From the NCBI RefSeq assembly GCF_001194135.2, contig NC_068982.1, positions 76,963,573-77,027,572 of the forward strand: 64,000 nt of DNA. The letters run 5' to 3'. The notes below the pieces were generated by a model. It did no database searches, was not told the origin of the DNA, and saw nothing but the letters and a program-made list of their open reading frames with translations. This DNA comes from Octopus bimaculoides (Eukaryota). A program made the translations under genes and the position numbers. Of this stretch, positions 59,791-64,000 are shown in pieces. Every line of letters starts with the position of its first letter. The first letter of the stretch is position 1.

Positions 59791-62700
59791 TTTCTTCAAG
59801 AAGTCAAATTTCTCGAGCTAATTATTTTCCAATTAAGTAAAAAAAAAAACTGTATAATTGTTGTTCCTAACTGTTCTACATACCTTGTCTTGGATCTTGG
59901 TAGTTAGTTCTCATTTACATATGAAATCACTTGATTGCAGTAAATACAAAGATACTTGATTGTAAAGACGATCATTTTACACCATGAAAACAAATTGCGA
60001 TAATTATAATGACAGTGCTGTAAAGACTGTGTAAGCTTTTTGTCTTTGTTAAACACTGCAGTAAAGAGAGATTCTTCAACAACCATTGTAGAGATTTAAC
60101 AACTCCATCCCTGCAATATATTAATCTCCATCTGTAAAATCCCATAGCCAACACACTGACTGATCTTATCTGCCACTCTAAATATGTCTTTATAAGCTAT
60201 GGATAGGTTTTTCATTCTTGAATGAAATGGAGTGAAGAAACTCTCTTCAAATTAATTCACATTTGAATCTCATTCAGTCCTTTACATATAATTTTTATAA
60301 TCAATGAAGATAAAGTAAATGTATGTATTTAGAAAGTGTCTGAAAACTATTGGTGATGGTAATTTCTACAGGTCAACAATTTCAAAGTATTTAGATGCTA
60401 AAGTTACTGACTTTTAGATAAAACTGCTATGGGGTATAAATTTTTCAGTAACAGTTTAAGGTGACATCATCATTCTCATGCCCACTTTTCATACTTGCAT
60501 GGATCAAACAGTTTATTGAAGCAGTTTTCTATTGCCTGTTACCCTTGTCACCAACCCTTCTTTGTTTCCAAGCAAAGTAGATATTTCACCATGGACAGAC
60601 ATTTTATATAGACTATTGGAAATGAATGACACCACCTGTATGATGGTGACACTTGTCTACAACAATCACTCTGTCATGGCAAAGTGACAAACCTGCACAT
60701 ATGTACATACAGTGGCCTTCTTTTCAGTTTCTGTCTACCAAATTCACTTGCAAGACTTTGATTGTCCCCAAGACAGAAGACACTTGTTTAAAGTACTGCA
60801 CAATGGAACTGAACCTAAACCATATGGTTGTGAAGCAAACATTTTACCCACACAGTCACACCTATAAATTATAATTTAATTGCACTAAGTACACTGCTAC
60901 TAAAGTCAATTGAATTTTTACATTTCAGTTAAAATAGAAAACAAGGCCTATCATTTGGTTAATGTAATCAGTTTTAGCATAACATTATTAAGGCAAATTG
61001 ATAGATTACCTCACTGCATTTGTTCTAGTAGTCTGAGTTCAAATAGTGCCAGAGTCAACTTTGCCTTTCTTTTGGGCTTGATAAAAATACCAGTCCTATT
61101 CTGCTGTCAATTACTTTTTTCTAGATGAACTTGGTTGTGATCAGAGCTAGAAAGGGATGGGCTCTACCACATCTAAAAATACCTAACATATACTATTAGA
61201 AGTTAAGGGTACGAGGTAAGCCTTGGTCTGTTGGTAACAGTACGAAGGGTTAAGTTTGGAAGACTGACTTAATTTCACTTGGCAAAGAATAGAATGGTTG
61301 TATGTTTATATTTGAAAATGTGAATATGTGTTCAATAGTTATGGCACCAAAGTTGGACAACAGTACTTTAAATGATTTGGTATATATGCACTATTAAGCT
61401 TAGAGATAAGCTGGAATTAGATTAAACTATCTTTTTAGCTAACAATTTTCAGAATTTGGATAAAGTATAAACATTTGATTTGCATACAAAAATATTGAGC
61501 CATAGTATTATCATCATGATTTAATGTCTGCATTCTATGCTGACATAGGTTGAATTGTTCAACAGGATTCGATGGGCCAGAGGACTGCATTGAGCTCTAA
61601 TTGTCTACTTTTAGTATGGTTTCTGCAGCTGGATGCCTTTCCTAATGCCAATCATTTTACAAAATGTACTGAGTGCTTTTCATGGTACCAGCACTAGTGA
61701 GGTCATTAAGTAACTTAGAAGATAAGACTCCTTGGCAAAGTGGTGGGTGCATGAGTAATGAAGAAACATTTTGGTAATATAAAAAGGATTAAAACTAAAT
61801 ACTGTTCATTTACACATTTTAGCATCCACTTTTTCATGTTGGTCAGTTTATTAAGGCAGATTTCTATGGTTGAATGTCCTTCCTGCCACCAACCTTCACC
61901 AGTTTCCAAGTAAGGTACCTATTCACATGTTTTCAAAGAATATTGGAGACACACTGCTTGTATGATGGTGACACTTATTTACAACTATCATGCAGTATCA
62001 AAACAAAATTAAAATATACATACTTGCATCCATACATAATAGATGGCTGATTCCCATAGCATAAAAATGACTGAGATCAGAACATTCCACCTGAATGGGA
62101 TGCTAGTTTGTCACAAGATTGCTCTAGTCCACTTAGCTGTAAATGAGTAATGTGAAGTGAAGTGTTTTGCTCAAGAACACAATACACTACCCAGTCTAGG
62201 AATCAAAACCACAACCTTGCAATTGTGAGTGTAACACTGTAACCACTAGGCCATATATCTTCACTTGTGTATAGAATGTCTGAAATACATGGTGGGAGAA
62301 TGGCAAGAGCTGAAATATCTTTGATCATGGGTCAGCTTGATCAGAACTGACCTGGGTCTAAATAACTTTATTAATAATGCCTTTCTATTTATAACCTACA
62401 ATAATAATGTTTAACTTTGATAATAGCAATAACATTAATGTGTCAATAATCCTAATCTAGTTTTTTTGTTGTTTTTTTTTATAAGAAAATTTTCCTTTAA
62501 AAATAATTTTATTACTCTTTCTTCAAATTGGCCCTTTAAATATGTCTGCTTCTATATGTTTTCATCTCATTCCTAAGGGTAAAAATATTTCCTCATTATA
62601 GGAGTTATTTCCTTTGATATTTTGCATTAAATATATTAAGTTTCAGAATTTGTAATTTCATTGATCAACATAGAAAAATAGAAAGTTCCAGAAAGTATAA

Positions 62701-64000
62701 TTCTTGTGAAGATTTAAGAAGTCAACCATTTAAAGGATGATAAATTGAACGACAGTATTTTTTATTCATTCCATTTATGGAATGAAATTATTTTTTTTCT
62801 TTTTATAGTACTGGTGTAGTTGTGTGGTTAACAAGTTTGCTTTCCAACCACATTGTTTTGAGTTCAGTACTCCTGCAAGGCATCTTGGGCAAAAGTTAGG
62901 TAATATTTCCCTGTATGTGGCCATAGGAAAATATTACCCAACATGGAGACAGTTAGGGGCATCTGGGCATAGAAAATCTGTCTCAAACTCTGTCCAAACC
63001 ATGCAAGTATGTAAAAAGTGGATGTATTAAAACAATGGTGATTTCTGATTTATAAGGTAAGTTACATGAACTGTGTAGATAAAATGCTTTTGCAACTTTT
63101 GAACAGTGATGTTTTTTTCCCAGTATCAGCTTGTATAAGTAGACAATAAGATAGTAAAGCACCAACTACATTATCAAGTGAACCTAAGCACAATATGCTT
63201 ATTTACTGAGAAAATATTTATTCATCACCATCATTTAACATCCATGTTCCATGCTGGCATAGGTTGGGTAATTTGACATAACCAACGGGTCCATTGTCTA
63301 CAGCTAGAAGCCCTTAATACCACTTTACAGTATGCACTGGGTGCCTTTTTTCATACCACCAGCACTAGTAAGATTGTGATTCAGCTTATAAGACTATGAC
63401 CCCTGGGGTGGTGGCTTTATGCAAAAAGATGTGGGGACCAGAGCAGAACAGGTTTCTTGCTGTAGACAAGCTACATGACTTCTCACATTTTAGAATGATT
63501 GGGTAGAGCTGGAACAAAAGATAAAATGGTAATGAGATGTTTGGGTGGACCCTCAAGGTACAAGGTGAATGGAAATGAGTGGGACAAAAAAAAACCCAGA
63601 GTATGTGGATGGATATTGTGAAGAGGATATAATTTGTTGGATATTATAAACCATTTAGGATAGTGTGATTTTTATATATAGTGAAAGTAATCACAGGCTG
63701 TCTCTTTTAAGTTAACCAACACAGATCTCTCCCATTCTTCCAATTGTAAACACTGACTTTGTCATTTAGCCAGGAATCTTGATTTATATTTATATATAGT
63801 TGCTCCTAAAAAGTAGAATTTTGTATTATCACATTTAATATATTATAATGATATTTATTGGAAATCATGACTGGTCATGTCAGTGGTATTCTGGACAGCA
63901 AGAACTGAAAGATCGTGTCCCCTCACTGCTATTGTACAGTGTCTAGGCTGAAAGTCTGAACTCATAATGGGCCAGTCCAAGTAATATCCCGAGTTTTCTT

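Noticed and set aside
61125-61215. Exon-like segment (ttctAG...GAG|GTAAGC) on +
   Set aside because: Stops in all three frames and no partner exons identified; could be a lncRNA or UTR exon but is unsupported.
63858-64000. 47-codon open frame on - ending at TAA overlapping AATAAA
   Set aside because: Truncated by the window edge, with no recognisable domain.
1-64000. CRISPR arrays, rRNA, operons or prokaryotic systems
   Set aside because: Spliceosomal-intron eukaryotic DNA; no regularly spaced repeat-spacer structure or rRNA-like sequence seen.

Overview
AT-rich metazoan genomic DNA. The microsatellite load and SINE families look cephalopod (Octopus-like); this is an inference from repeat content. 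It has six assembly gaps (657-760, 7184-7953, 16688-16814, 25607-25616, 47775-48065, 52610-52780). Two convergent spliced genes are present. (1) MICU1, the mitochondrial calcium uniporter gatekeeper, on + : 11 coding exons from 3627 to 46055, 554 aa by my splice reconstruction, with a ~30.8 kb intron (8192-38996). (2) An hnRNP F/H-family three-qRRM splicing factor on - : non-coding exon 1 near 55066-55095 and coding exons from 53586 down to at least 48150, with the 3' end unresolved at a gap. Intronic and intergenic DNA holds decayed transposons: maT/DD37D and mariner transposases, RTE, HERO-like and Penelope retroelements, piggyBac, hAT and Merlin-like MITEs, a Helitron-like end and many SINEs. 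Main leads: (a) two frame-preserving microexon candidates (12 nt KDSL, 18 nt NPRTPK) in the giant MICU1 intron, at the position where vertebrate MICU1 has its regulatory microexon; (b) a 139-nt frameshifting hnRNP F/H exon whose Gly codons are all GGG and whose splice sites sit in G-runs, suggesting autoregulatory AS-NMD; (c) a Penelope element with inverted pseudo-LTRs, each carrying a tRNA-like Pol III cassette and a minimal hammerhead ribozyme, where the copy sense to MICU1 has lost the two catalytic guanines.
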